From IMG/VR virus record IMGVR_UViG_3300036985_006427, positions 1-64,000 of that record: a stretch of DNA of 64,000 nucleotides; one strand, given 5' to 3'. This document shows, one piece after another, positions 9,318 to 19,973 of the stretch (within the stretch, counting starts at the first letter, position 1; each line of letters opens with the position of its first letter). The notes under the pieces were generated by a model that was not told the DNA's origin, ran no database searches, and saw nothing but the letters and a program-made list of their open reading frames with translations. Position numbers and translations under genes: made by a program. Source of the stretch: a virus.

Positions 9318-11006
9318 ATGAGAAAAAAAAGGATATTGTTTTGTAGTGAAGCCACTTTCCTAAACACTGGCTACGCTACTTACACTCGTGAAATTTTAAA
9401 TTACTTACATTCAACCGGAAAATATGAGCTGGCTGAAATGTCCAGTTATGGTCAAAGAAATGACCCAAGAGCTGCCGATATTCCTTGGAAGTATTATGGT
9501 GTTCAGCCAAACACAGAGTATGAGCCAAAAGCTTCACAGCAAGAGATTGAGGCTTACCACGGAGCTGGAACAAACCAATTTGGTGAATTTATATTTGAAC
9601 ACGTTTGTCTAGATTTTATGCCAGACATTGTCTGCGACATCAGAGACTTCTGGATGTTAGACTTTGCAGAACGCAGCCCTTTTCGCCCATTCTTTAATTG
9701 GGTGATCATGCCAACGGTTGACGCTAGACCTCAAGCTCGCCAATGGATTTCTACATACTCTGGAGCAGATGGAGTTCTGACCTATTCTGATTGGGCTGGT
9801 GAAGTTTTGCTCAACCAATCAGGAGGCAAGATGAAGTACTGGGGTTCTTCTCCACCTTCTGCTCATCCAGCCTATAAGCCAGTGCAAGACAAAAAGCTTC
9901 ACAAGCTTTCTATGGGTCTTAATCCTGATTATAAAATAATAGGCACTGTGATGCGCAATCAGCGTCGTAAATTATATCCAGATTTATTTGAAGCATTTCG
10001 AAAATTTCTTGACAAGGCAAACAATAAGAATTACTATCTTTATTGTCACACGTCTTATCCAGACTTGGGATGGGATATTCCAGAATTGCTTTTACAAAAC
10101 GATTTATCTTCACACGTTTTGTTTACGTACATCTGTCAACAAACCAAAAAGCCATTTCCATCGTTGTTCAGGGGTGCTGTAGCTCAATCCCCTTACACTG
10201 GAAAATGGAACGCAACATTATCGAATGTTAAAACTGGAGCTTCATACGAAGAGCTATCAAATATCCAAAATCTATTTGATTTATACACTCAGTATGCTAA
10301 CTGTGAAGGTTTTGGTCTTCCGTATGTAGAAGCTGCGGCTTGTGGTGTTCCTGTTTGCGGAACAGATTATTCTGCTATGGAGAGTGAAATAAGAAAGCTG
10401 GAAGGTTATCCAATCAAACCGGCAGCACTCTACAAGGAACTGGAAACAGGATGTTTGCGAGCAGTTCCAGACAATGATTTAGCAGCAGAATATTTCTTAG
10501 AATTCTTTGAAAAGTTCACCGATGAAGAACGAGAAGAAATTGGCAAACGCACTCGTTCCAATTTTGAAAAATACTTTCAATGGCATCTGAGCGGATCTAA
10601 GTGGGAAAATATTTTTGATTCTTTGCCAATCAAGCCAATAGAACAAACTTGGGCTTCTGCACCTAGAATTTTAGAACCAGACCCTAAACCAAGCGAAGAA
10701 ACTATCAATCAAGTAGAATCAACAAAGCTTGCTAGGTTTTTGATTGCAAACGTATTGAAAGATCCCAACAAATTAAATTCATTCTTTGAATCTAGATTGA
10801 CAAGAGATTTGACATACAAGCAAACCACTGGTTCTACCGGAGGAATGTATTTCAATGAATCCTCTCAAGCTTTTGACGGCATGAATCATAGACATAATTT
10901 TGATTTTCACGCAGCTTACAATCAAATGGTCATGCAACGAAATAAAATAAATCAGTGGGAACAACGCAGAGTAGAAGTTATGAAACAAAGAGGTGTAATA
11001 CAATGA
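9318..11006 (+). CDS. GT-B (GT4-like) glycosyltransferase
   Basis: TGYA N-terminal motif, RNQRRK, EGFGLPYVEAAACG (E-x7-E). Confidence 0.85.
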   Translation: MRKKRILFCSEATFLNTGYATYTREILNYLHSTGKYELAEMSSYGQRNDPRAADIPWKYYGVQPNTEYEPKASQQEIEAYHGAGTNQFGEFIFEHVCLDFMPDIVCDIRDFWMLDFAERSPFRPFFNWVIMPTVDARPQARQWISTYSGADGVLTYSDWAGEVLLNQSGGKMKYWGSSPPSAHPAYKPVQDKKLHKLSMGLNPDYKIIGTVMRNQRRKLYPDLFEAFRKFLDKANNKNYYLYCHTSYPDLGWDIPELLLQNDLSSHVLFTYICQQTKKPFPSLFRGAVAQSPYTGKWNATLSNVKTGASYEELSNIQNLFDLYTQYANCEGFGLPYVEAAACGVPVCGTDYSAMESEIRKLEGYPIKPAALYKELETGCLRAVPDNDLAAEYFLEFFEKFTDEEREEIGKRTRSNFEKYFQWHLSGSKWENIFDSLPIKPIEQTWASAPRILEPDPKPSEETINQVESTKLARFLIANVLKDPNKLNSFFESRLTRDLTYKQTTGSTGGMYFNESSQAFDGMNHRHNFDFHAAYNQMVMQRNKINQWEQRRVEVMKQRGVIQ

Positions 11007-12019
11007 AATCTGTAATAATCACGGGATGTGCTGGATTGATAGGGTCTCATTTTACTAGACATTTGTTGAAAAGCGGCTATCGGGTAATTGGAATAGATGA
11101 TCTTAGTGGTGGATATGCTGAGTACTTGCCCAAAGATGCATCGTTCGAGCAGATTGAAATTCATTTTTTGAATTTGGCGGCAGAAAACGCTCCAAACAGA
11201 CTAAATGATATTTTCAGTCGAGAAAAACCAGTGGCTTGCTATCACTTTGCCGCATATGCAGCAGAAGGATTGTCACCCTTTATTCGCAACTTTAATTATA
11301 CCAACAACATACTGTCTAGTGTGAACGTTGTGAATGCTTGCATAAACCACGATGTTAAACTGATCTTTACATCATCCATGGCTGTCTACGGAGACCAACA
11401 AGCCCCGTTTACAGAAAATATGACTCCAAGGCCGATAGATCCATACGGAGTCGCCAAATACGCTGTGGAGCAAGATATCAGAATAGCATCTGTTCAACAT
11501 GGTTTGAGATACACAATACTCAGACCGCACAATGTCATTGGTATTTATCAGAATATCTGGGATAGATACAGAAACGTTGTGGGAATCTTTATTCGCAAGG
11601 TTTTAAACGATGAGCCAATGTTGATCTACGGAGACGGAAATCAAACTAGGGCTTTTTCAGACATCAAATATTGTATGCAACCTTTAGAAAAATTGATGAC
11701 TGTGTGTGATGGTTGTACATTCAATATAGGTTCCGACAAGTCTTATTCATTGAATGAGTTGTCAGACATTGTGGCGAAAGTAGCCCGCAAGTATTCACGC
11801 ACAGCTTCAAGGAAGTATGTTCAAGAAAGACACGAAGCAAAACACGCTGAATGTGACCACTCGCTGATCAAAGATGACAGAAACTTACGTTTTTATGACA
11901 ATACAGATTTAGAACAAACTGTAGATGAAATGTTTCAGTGGGCAACAACACAGCCGATTCGTGAACAAAAAACCATGAAATATGAAATACAAAAAGGAAT
12001 GTATGAATACTGGAAATAA
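11003..12019 (+). CDS. NAD-dependent NDP-sugar epimerase/dehydratase (extended SDR)
   Basis: ITGCAGLIG, FTSSMAVYG, YGVAK (YxxxK), GDGNQTRAF; start moved to the ATGA overlap at 11003. Confidence 0.9.
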   Translation: MKSVIITGCAGLIGSHFTRHLLKSGYRVIGIDDLSGGYAEYLPKDASFEQIEIHFLNLAAENAPNRLNDIFSREKPVACYHFAAYAAEGLSPFIRNFNYTNNILSSVNVVNACINHDVKLIFTSSMAVYGDQQAPFTENMTPRPIDPYGVAKYAVEQDIRIASVQHGLRYTILRPHNVIGIYQNIWDRYRNVVGIFIRKVLNDEPMLIYGDGNQTRAFSDIKYCMQPLEKLMTVCDGCTFNIGSDKSYSLNELSDIVAKVARKYSRTASRKYVQERHEAKHAECDHSLIKDDRNLRFYDNTDLEQTVDEMFQWATTQPIREQKTMKYEIQKGMYEYWK

Positions 12020-12773
12020 ACTACAACTACCAGATGTTACAATTTTTACATTCTGCTGGGGAACAGAGCATGTGACAAAATCTCTCAGAGCAATGCTGAT
12101 TGGTATGGATCAGGTAGATTTTAAACGTTCAGTTTTAATCACTGACAGTTCAAAAACTGATTTGACCATCTTTTCAAATGTGATAGACTCTTTTGGTATC
12201 GAAGTCTATGACATGAACGTCAACTTAAATGAAAACATGTTTGATGATGACACGAATCGAATAGGGTTTTGTGAATCGTTTATTCAACAGACGAATAGAT
12301 ACATTGTTGATGATTTTTGTTTGAATGTTCAGCACGACTCGACCATCATCGATGCCAGCAAATGGGATCAAAGATATCTTGACTATGACTACACGGGCGC
12401 TCCTTGGCCTATGAATATCATACAAGCAAGCGATATGGTGGCTGGTCGCATAGAGAAAATCCCGAACGTTGTTGGCAACGGAGGGTTTTCACTGAGAACT
12501 CGCAAGTTTGTAGAAGAATCAGCGAAACTAGGCTGGCAACACAAAAATGAAGATTTAAACGCTTGTGTTTTCAGCTATGACGCCATGAAGAATGCGGGTA
12601 TAAATTTTGCTCCACCAGAACTTGCAGCAAAGTTTTCAGTAGAACATCCTACACCTTATAAAAATTTCGACAGAAGAATGTTATTTAGTTATGGGTCCTT
12701 TGGATTCCACGGAGAATTTAACAGTGCAGGGATGGACTTTATTAAAAACTATAATCTGAAAGGCAATCAATGA
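12003..12773 (+). CDS. DUF5672-like putative glycosyltransferase
   Basis: VQHDS, YDYTGAPW, VGNGGFSLR, ED, AAKFSVE, FGFHG. Confidence 0.75.
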   Translation: MNTGNKLQLPDVTIFTFCWGTEHVTKSLRAMLIGMDQVDFKRSVLITDSSKTDLTIFSNVIDSFGIEVYDMNVNLNENMFDDDTNRIGFCESFIQQTNRYIVDDFCLNVQHDSTIIDASKWDQRYLDYDYTGAPWPMNIIQASDMVAGRIEKIPNVVGNGGFSLRTRKFVEESAKLGWQHKNEDLNACVFSYDAMKNAGINFAPPELAAKFSVEHPTPYKNFDRRMLFSYGSFGFHGEFNSAGMDFIKNYNLKGNQ

Positions 12774-13333
12774 AATTATCACAGATGGTTCCCAACCCAA
12801 GATATTGTACCGATAAGGATACAGTGCATTCATATCTTGAAGTATATGATGACCTTTTCGCACCTTATCAGGATAAAGATATAAATTTGCTTGAGATAGG
12901 CAACCAGAGAGGAGGATCAATTAAATTATGGTTGGATTACTTTAAGTCTATCAAAATTCACGGATTAGAAATAAATGACTCGAAAGAGCTTCATGATTTA
13001 AATAATCAATACGATAATATTGATATCGTTATGGGACTAGATGCTTATTGTGAAAAAACCTTAGAATTAACTAGGTCAAAAGGGCCGTTTGACATTATTA
13101 TTGATGATGGATCTCATTCGACTGAGCATCAACTATTTGTTCTAAATTATTATATGCCACTGTTGAAGAGCGGTGGGTTGATGGTTATTGAAGATATTTA
13201 TAGTGTGGATTTAATATCTTTATTCTTGAAGAATATTATTTCATTAAAATCAAACGATAAAGTAGAAGTGTTTGATAGAAGAAACATAAAAGATAGATAT
13301 GACGATATTATGATTGTAATAAAGAAAGGTTGA
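12770..13333 (+). CDS. Class I SAM-dependent (sugar O-)methyltransferase
   Basis: HSYLEVY, LLEIG, FDIIIDDGSH, GGLMVIED. Confidence 0.85.
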   Translation: MKLSQMVPNPRYCTDKDTVHSYLEVYDDLFAPYQDKDINLLEIGNQRGGSIKLWLDYFKSIKIHGLEINDSKELHDLNNQYDNIDIVMGLDAYCEKTLELTRSKGPFDIIIDDGSHSTEHQLFVLNYYMPLLKSGGLMVIEDIYSVDLISLFLKNIISLKSNDKVEVFDRRNIKDRYDDIMIVIKKG

Positions 13334-13339
13334 TACTAT

Positions 13340-14452
13340 ATGATAAAAACCAACAAGGTTCTGTACGTAGGATATTATAAAGAATATAGCGATTGGGGAA
13401 AGTTTGCGGTAAATAATATCAAAGCTTTGATGTCTGCTGACGTAGATGTAGCGTGTAGATCAATTACGTTTCAAGACAATCGAACACCAAGGGATATATT
13501 CAACGTAGAAAAAAATCAAATTGACGATTGTGATATTTGTATTCAGCATTTGTTTCCAAATCATATGTTGGCATCTTCCAATTTTAAAAAGAACATTGGA
13601 ATACTAGCAAATGAATTTGTAACTATTGATCATTCTTGCTGGGTAGAAAAACTGAATACGATGGATCAAATATGGGTTTCTTCACCCTCAGCAAAAGAAG
13701 TGTTGGACAAGACTGTTCTTCGAGATAAAACCGTTGTGGTTCCTTTTGCTTTTGATACAGACGTATACAAGAAGCAGCACCCAGCGTTGAAGGGAGGCAT
13801 TGAGTCTGAAGGTAAATTTAGATTTTATACTATCAGCAATCTAGACAATCCAGAAATAGAAAGAGTGATCAGATGTTTTCATTCTGAATTTGACCATGCT
13901 GACGATGCAGTTCTTGTGGTTCAAATCAATGGTGAAAACACCAATGGTCTTGATGATAGGATTTCTAAAGTGAAAACAAACCTTGGACTTCAAAAGAATC
14001 CCACTTTGTACAAAAAGGATATAATTGTCACCAAGGACGAGCTTGCTCAATCTTCAGATAATTCTCATGCTTTTTGTGACTGTTACGTTTCAAGCCTTAG
14101 TCAACGATCTCTTTTTAGTGAAGAGTTTCATGCTATGGCATTTGGAAATACTCCTATTGTGTTACAAGATACAGACGCTGAATATTACACTGGACCCAAA
14201 TACTCTGTGAGCACTGTCTATGAAACCAATGCGGTTCGCTCTGAACTTTGGCCTGACATCAACAATGGCAAGAATTATATTGTCAAACCTTGTGAGAAAC
14301 AAACCAAGGCTATCATGAGAGAATTGTACAACGAATGGAAAGAGAATCCAGCGACTTATAAAGTCAACAAGAAAAAAGAAGCTTTTGATAGATCAGAAGC
14401 GTTTTCAATCAAAAATGTTGGGAAAATAATGAAGGAGATATTGTATGCTTAA
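13340..14452 (+). CDS. Degenerate GT-B glycosyltransferase-like protein
   Basis: DQIWVSS, VVPFAFD, HAMAFGNTPIV; the canonical E-x7-E is missing. Confidence 0.6.
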   Translation: MIKTNKVLYVGYYKEYSDWGKFAVNNIKALMSADVDVACRSITFQDNRTPRDIFNVEKNQIDDCDICIQHLFPNHMLASSNFKKNIGILANEFVTIDHSCWVEKLNTMDQIWVSSPSAKEVLDKTVLRDKTVVVPFAFDTDVYKKQHPALKGGIESEGKFRFYTISNLDNPEIERVIRCFHSEFDHADDAVLVVQINGENTNGLDDRISKVKTNLGLQKNPTLYKKDIIVTKDELAQSSDNSHAFCDCYVSSLSQRSLFSEEFHAMAFGNTPIVLQDTDAEYYTGPKYSVSTVYETNAVRSELWPDINNGKNYIVKPCEKQTKAIMRELYNEWKENPATYKVNKKKEAFDRSEAFSIKNVGKIMKEILYA

Positions 14453-15425
14453 ATTACACTCTATGTTCAACAGGCACAACAAGCCCAAGGAAACTCCCTA
14501 CAACGTATTGACTTTCAACACGCACGAAAGATATCAAACTCAATTAGCTAAAACTGGACATGATTTCTACGCCTTTAATTATGATGGAGGCAAAGATTGG
14601 TTTAGCGGTCACGCCCCTATGCCAAATAATTATTATCAGCTTCCTAAAAACTCATTGTATCCCGGAGTGCCTTTTGATTTCATCTTGGTCAACAGTAAAT
14701 TTGGCCAGTTCCAAACTGCTATGCGAATCAATCGAACTTTACAGATTCCAATCCTCTGCTTGGAGCATACGCTTCCTTTGCCTCAATGGCCGAATCAGCA
14801 GCTTGAACAGTTTCAGTCGATGAAGGGCGATGTCAACGTATTCATCACAGAGTACTCCAAGAAGCAATGGGGAATGACAGGTGATGTAATTTATCACTCT
14901 ATTGATACTGAAGCTTTTAAGCCAGATGCTCAAATTCAAAGGTCTGGAGTTCTGACAGTAGCTCACGATTTTATCAAACGCGATTATGCGTTGAATTATT
15001 CTGGGTGGGAAAGAATCACAAAGGGTTTGCAACGAACTGTCGTTGGTGAAACAGAGGGTCTTTCAAAGCAAAGTGAATCTGTGGAAGATCTGATCAAATC
15101 TTATCAAAATGCTTTGGTTTATATAAACCCTAGTGTGTTGAGCCCAGTACCAACGTCTATGCTTGAGGCTATGGCTTGTGGATGTGCAATCGTGACGACT
15201 GAAACGTGTGAAATACCAAATATAATCAAACATGGTGTCAACGGATTTATGTCCAACGACGAAAATGAATTGAGAAAATTCACAGAGCAATTGCTTGCAG
15301 ATCCAGATTTAGCTGCCACGATGGGAGCTGAAGCAAGACTAACAATTGAAGAAAAGTTTTCAGAACAGCGTTTTATTAAACAATGGAACAATACCTTTGA
15401 CAAAGTACACGGGGTGGTAAAATGA
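14445..15425 (+). CDS. GT4-like glycosyltransferase
   Basis: VIYHSIDTEAF, PTSMLEAMACG, IIKHGVNGF. Confidence 0.85.
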   Translation: MLKLHSMFNRHNKPKETPYNVLTFNTHERYQTQLAKTGHDFYAFNYDGGKDWFSGHAPMPNNYYQLPKNSLYPGVPFDFILVNSKFGQFQTAMRINRTLQIPILCLEHTLPLPQWPNQQLEQFQSMKGDVNVFITEYSKKQWGMTGDVIYHSIDTEAFKPDAQIQRSGVLTVAHDFIKRDYALNYSGWERITKGLQRTVVGETEGLSKQSESVEDLIKSYQNALVYINPSVLSPVPTSMLEAMACGCAIVTTETCEIPNIIKHGVNGFMSNDENELRKFTEQLLADPDLAATMGAEARLTIEEKFSEQRFIKQWNNTFDKVHGVVK

Positions 15426-15841
15426 AAGTGCAAATCGTAAGAAAAGATCAGGAAGCTATCGTTGGATACGAAGTTGTAAAAGTTGAATCTCCAAACTCAT
15501 TGGAAATTTCACACCTTGTTGATAACTCGTGCGAAAATATCATCGCTGCCGATCTTGTGGACTCATTCAACAATGAAATACTTCCGCAGCTATGCAAAGC
15601 TTTGGTGAGCAAGCTGAGGTTTAATGGTCAAATTGTTTTGGGAGGTACGGATATTCGATTTTTCGCCAAGCATCTTCTGAATGGAATTCTTTCTCCAGAA
15701 GAAGCGTGTGGCATAATCGCGTCAACATACTCTATGTCAACATCAGACATGGTCAGGCAGCAATTAGAAAACGTAAACTTAAGAATTATTTCAATCCATA
15801 CAGATGGCTTACACTACGAAGTAAAAGCCACGAGGGTTTAA
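15422..15841 (+). CDS. Hypothetical protein, possibly a degenerate methyltransferase fold
   Basis: DNSCENIIA...KLRFNGQIVL resembles a methyltransferase C-terminal half; no SAM-binding motif. Confidence 0.4.
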   Translation: MKVQIVRKDQEAIVGYEVVKVESPNSLEISHLVDNSCENIIAADLVDSFNNEILPQLCKALVSKLRFNGQIVLGGTDIRFFAKHLLNGILSPEEACGIIASTYSMSTSDMVRQQLENVNLRIISIHTDGLHYEVKATRV

Positions 15842-15842
15842 T

Positions 15843-16349
15843 ATGACAAAAACTTTATTTGGCGTGGCTGTTTATTGCAATGAAGATGTTGAAATTCAAA
15901 ATTTAAAGAATACTATCGATTCATTAAAACTCATAGACTATAACGACAAAAGGGTGAAAGTTGTTATATCAAAAAATCATTCTAGCAATTGTCAAACGAT
16001 AGTTCATTTTGTAAACATCCTCAAAGAAACTTTTCCGGCTTCAGAAGCTGTGTTCCATTTACACGACAATACCACTCTGAGAGACACAGAATGCTTTGAA
16101 AAATTGACACAAGCTACATACTTTGTAAAAGTAGAAGCTGGAATGACAATAGATAAAGATTTATTTTCTAAAATAGATACGATGTTAAACGAAGATTCTA
16201 GAAAAATAGATCTGTTTGAGACAGACCATTTCTTTTTAGCATCTAACGATAGTGTGCGAGACAATTATTTGAATTTTAATGATTACGACTCAACGACTGA
16301 ACATATTAGAAATTTATCTATCAAACAGGAAAAATATGAAAAAATCTAA
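15843..16349 (+). CDS. Hypothetical protein, weakly GT-A-like
   Basis: Packed in the operon; GT2-like topology but no DxD. Confidence 0.4.
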   Translation: MTKTLFGVAVYCNEDVEIQNLKNTIDSLKLIDYNDKRVKVVISKNHSSNCQTIVHFVNILKETFPASEAVFHLHDNTTLRDTECFEKLTQATYFVKVEAGMTIDKDLFSKIDTMLNEDSRKIDLFETDHFFLASNDSVRDNYLNFNDYDSTTEHIRNLSIKQEKYEKI

Positions 16350-17097
16350 TAGATTCACAACAATAGTCAAGTCGAGCAATCCTTCTTCTTTAAGAGAAGA
16401 AAAAATAACGATAATACTGCTTGCAGAAAACTATGGCTATAGAATGAAGTCTTACGGTCCAATTTCATTGGTACAAGTAGATGATAAGACGCTATTAGAA
16501 AAACAAGTGAAAGCTATTAGTTCTGTTTTTATTGATTTTGAAATTATTTTGTGCTCTGGATTTGAAACCTACAAAGTATATAATTTTATTCAATCTAAAT
16601 TTCCCAACAATAAAAATATAAGAATTGTAGAAAATCAAGTATACTATCATTCCAATTGCTGCGAGGGTTTGAGACTATGTCTGAGCAACACCACAAACAA
16701 TAGAATATTAGTGTGTGGAGGAGGAATAGTTTTAACCACAGATTATTTAAAGTCATTGAATCTAAGAAGGTCATCTATACTAACTCAATCCGGAGAAAAA
16801 GATAGTACCTTTGAAATAGGTGTGATCGAGAATGATTCAAGACTAGAAACCATGTCTCTCGCTGTTAAAGAAAAGGTTTGGACAGAATTGCTGTATTTTA
16901 CGGGCGACACATTGATCAGGTCGTTTTATAATATAGTGTCAAAACCAGAACTGAAAAATAAATTCTTGTTTGAAGCTCTCAATGTCTGGAAGTGCAGAAA
17001 ACAACTTTACGTATCTGATAATTCTTCAGAACCAATTTTAAAAATCGACAATATCAAAACCTTAAAGAGGATAACAGATGAAAATTTTGTATCATAA
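16336..17097 (+). CDS. Degenerate sugar-phosphate nucleotidyltransferase-like protein
   Basis: IILLAENYGYRMKSYGPISL...KTLLEKQ compared with canonical IILAAGxGxR...PKxL; AGGA RBS before 16336. Confidence 0.6.
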   Translation: MKKSNRFTTIVKSSNPSSLREEKITIILLAENYGYRMKSYGPISLVQVDDKTLLEKQVKAISSVFIDFEIILCSGFETYKVYNFIQSKFPNNKNIRIVENQVYYHSNCCEGLRLCLSNTTNNRILVCGGGIVLTTDYLKSLNLRRSSILTQSGEKDSTFEIGVIENDSRLETMSLAVKEKVWTELLYFTGDTLIRSFYNIVSKPELKNKFLFEALNVWKCRKQLYVSDNSSEPILKIDNIKTLKRITDENFVS

Positions 17098-17968
17098 CTA
17101 TAGTAATTTCCTATCGACAGAACCTATGTATATGCACAACGCTTTCACAAGATGCGGCATAGACAGTGTTTTTTGGAATTCGAATCAAACAAGTGCATAC
17201 GATATGTTTGATTTAAATAAACCAGACGTATTTGTCACTCACTTTAAAACATTTACATATGACATATTAGATTACTTGAAGAACAACAAGTCTAATATTG
17301 AAATTGTGATGAATGTCACTGGTGCCACTCAAAGTCAAATCAATTCAATAGAGCAGGCATTTGAAGAATGCAAGGTCAAGTCACCATTCATTTTTACAAA
17401 TGATTTTACTTTAAATGTAAAAAGCAATCTTAAATTGATTCAGCTTTATCCAGCAGCAGATGTTTTTATTGCCGATCCTTCTGCTTTCAAGGAGATTGGC
17501 GTACCTGAAGCAATCGTTTCTGATAAATTTACTGAAAATTTGGAAAAACATATTGCCAATAAAGAGGTTTTCCACCTATTACATATGAATGGTGAAAAAT
17601 TGGATAGCAATTTTGATATCATGGTGAATATCCAGAGTTTGTCTCAATTGTATAAAGTGTATCCTAAGTTTACTCTCGTTGGAGACAACGAGTTGTGTTG
17701 CTCACAGTTGTTCTTGGATATGAATTTAAGTTGCAAGAAAATGGAAGTGAGAAGCTCAGACCCCGTTGGTTTTCAAAAAATGTTAAAGGAACTGTTTTCT
17801 GAAACACAAACAGAAGACGTTCAACTAGAAATAAAGAATCAAATTAAAAATAAACACACGCCATTTGACAGAGCATGGAGATTCATGAAATATCTTGGCG
17901 ATAAAGATGCTATGGATAAAGTAATGAATGTTAAGAATAGTATTCCATCTTCTGCTCACCCAGCCTAA
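17078..17968 (+). CDS. Hypothetical protein, possibly GT-B-like
   Basis: KPDVFV, C-terminal HTPFDRA; translationally coupled within the glycan operon. Confidence 0.4.
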   Translation: MKILYHNYSNFLSTEPMYMHNAFTRCGIDSVFWNSNQTSAYDMFDLNKPDVFVTHFKTFTYDILDYLKNNKSNIEIVMNVTGATQSQINSIEQAFEECKVKSPFIFTNDFTLNVKSNLKLIQLYPAADVFIADPSAFKEIGVPEAIVSDKFTENLEKHIANKEVFHLLHMNGEKLDSNFDIMVNIQSLSQLYKVYPKFTLVGDNELCCSQLFLDMNLSCKKMEVRSSDPVGFQKMLKELFSETQTEDVQLEIKNQIKNKHTPFDRAWRFMKYLGDKDAMDKVMNVKNSIPSSAHPA

Positions 17969-17986
17969 TTCATCAAGGGCCGTATA

Positions 17987-18697
17987 ATGAAAATTCTAAT
18001 CCAATTCCCGACATACTGCAGAGCGTCCAAATTTCTAAAAGTTCTGGACAAGTATGTGGAAACTTGTAGCTCATTCAATGAGCTATTTTTTAATATAAAC
18101 TGCGATGCGTCTGATTTAAGTATGACAGACTCATACATATTCGAAAGAATAAAGTATATATTGAGCAAGAGAAAAAACGTAAGTGGTAAAGTAAATTACG
18201 ATGATGATACCACCAAGATAAGTGCTATCAATGATCATGTGGATGAGCATGATTTTGATATCGTTGTCTGTGCCAGCGATGATATGGTTCCAAAGGTAGA
18301 TTCTTGGGATCAAGAAATCGTGAATGCGATGAAAGACAATTTCCCGAATTTAGACGGGTGTGTTCATTTCAATGACGGCAACACCAAGGGTGAATTGATT
18401 ACTTTTTCTATCCTTGGAAAAGAGCTTTACAAATACTTTGGGTATATTTACCATCCAGATTACAAGAGCTTGTATTGCGACGATGAGTTTACTCAGGAGG
18501 TCGTACGCTTGAACAAGGTGGCATATATCGACAAGGTTATTATCAGCCATGAGCACTGGAGCGTTGAGGGCACAGAGAACCACAATCAAGTAGACGTTGC
18601 GGTTCAAAAAACCATTCATTATTCAGGAAGAGATGGTTCAGTTTTTAAAATGAGAAAAGAGCTTGGTTTTCCAAGAGAGAGGATAACAAATGACTAA
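17987..18697 (+). CDS. GT-A (GT2-like) glycosyltransferase
   Basis: ILIQFPT, KISAIN, VVCASDDMVP, YKSLYCDDEF, HEHW. Confidence 0.75.
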   Translation: MKILIQFPTYCRASKFLKVLDKYVETCSSFNELFFNINCDASDLSMTDSYIFERIKYILSKRKNVSGKVNYDDDTTKISAINDHVDEHDFDIVVCASDDMVPKVDSWDQEIVNAMKDNFPNLDGCVHFNDGNTKGELITFSILGKELYKYFGYIYHPDYKSLYCDDEFTQEVVRLNKVAYIDKVIISHEHWSVEGTENHNQVDVAVQKTIHYSGRDGSVFKMRKELGFPRERITND

Positions 18698-19328
18698 AAA
18701 AATCATATCTTTCAGTTTGTGGGGCGATAATCCAAAGTATACAGTAGGAGCGATTAAAAACGCTTTGCTGGCTCAGATTATATATCCAGAATGGATTTGT
18801 AGATTTTATATTGGAAATGATGTTCCTCAACACATAAGAAATCAGCTTGATGATTTAAATGTTGAAATTATGGAGATGGGTGACAGCGGTTGGAACGGAA
18901 TGTTTTGGAGATTCTTTGCTGCTGACAGCTACGATATCGTAATTTGCAGAGACACTGACTCTAGACTAAATCTAAGAGAACGAGTCGCTGTGGATGAATG
19001 GCTTTCTAGCGACAAAGACTTTCATATAATGCGTGATCATCCGTATCATAACACTGAGATACTAGGAGGAACTTGGGGTTGCAGAAATGGAATTATAAGA
19101 GGCGTAGAAGAAGCAATCCAAGATTACAACAAGGGATCGTTTGATAATCAATATCAGGTTGATCAAAACTTCTTGCGTGAAGTCGTTTATCCGCTTGTAA
19201 AGCATGAATCGATTGTACATGATGAGTTCTTCGAACTAAAGCCATTTCCAGCTAATGCCACCAAGCGAACTGGATCGTATTTTGTAGGACAAGTGTATAA
19301 TGAAAATGACATCCCTCAATTTAGTTGA
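18690..19328 (+). CDS. Putative GT-A glycosyltransferase (conserved ISFSLWG/RDxDSR family)
   Basis: ISFSLWG..PKY..GA, MFWRF, CRDTDSR, MRDHPYH, DQNFL. Confidence 0.6.
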   Translation: MTKKIISFSLWGDNPKYTVGAIKNALLAQIIYPEWICRFYIGNDVPQHIRNQLDDLNVEIMEMGDSGWNGMFWRFFAADSYDIVICRDTDSRLNLRERVAVDEWLSSDKDFHIMRDHPYHNTEILGGTWGCRNGIIRGVEEAIQDYNKGSFDNQYQVDQNFLREVVYPLVKHESIVHDEFFELKPFPANATKRTGSYFVGQVYNENDIPQFS

Positions 19329-19342
19329 TAGAAAGATACAAT

Positions 19343-19957
19343 ATGCATAATTTCTATTCTCAGTATGGAGAAGAAAGAATATTATCTCAGTTTTTTGGAG
19401 ATAAACAACACGGATTTTTAGTAGACATTGGTGCTATGGATGGTATCACATATTCTAATTCAAGGTATTTGATAGAAGACAAATCTTGGTCTGGAATATT
19501 AGTAGAGCCACACCCAGAATATTTTCAAAATCTACAAAGAATATATCAAAATAACAATAACGTTAGGTTGCTAAATTATGGGTGCTTTAATGTAGAAACT
19601 GAACTAGATTTTTACCCATACTCTACTGGTATAGATGGATCAGTCTCAACCATATCTCAAGACTTTAAGGAACGTGTTACTAGGATACATGGTGATAAAT
19701 ATCAAAAAACAATCAAAATTAATACTATGACATTGAACAATATAATCAAAGATTGTGAAAGCGTTGATTTTTTATCGATAGATGTTGAAGGAGTAGACAT
19801 GGAAGTGCTATCATCAAATGATTGGACAAAGAATAGACCATCATTGGTATGTGTAGAGCATAGCATGGATATTAATATTCTTAATGAATTTATGGATAAT
19901 ATAAACTATGTTAAGTATGCAGAAACTGGTGGAAACACATTTTTTATCAGAAAGTAA
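19343..19957 (+). CDS. FkbM-family methyltransferase
   Basis: YSQYGEE, VDIGAMDG..SNS, WSGILVEP, FLSIDVEG. Confidence 0.9.
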   Translation: MHNFYSQYGEERILSQFFGDKQHGFLVDIGAMDGITYSNSRYLIEDKSWSGILVEPHPEYFQNLQRIYQNNNNVRLLNYGCFNVETELDFYPYSTGIDGSVSTISQDFKERVTRIHGDKYQKTIKINTMTLNNIIKDCESVDFLSIDVEGVDMEVLSSNDWTKNRPSLVCVEHSMDINILNEFMDNINYVKYAETGGNTFFIRK

Positions 19958-19973
19958 GAGAGGGCATCTGATA

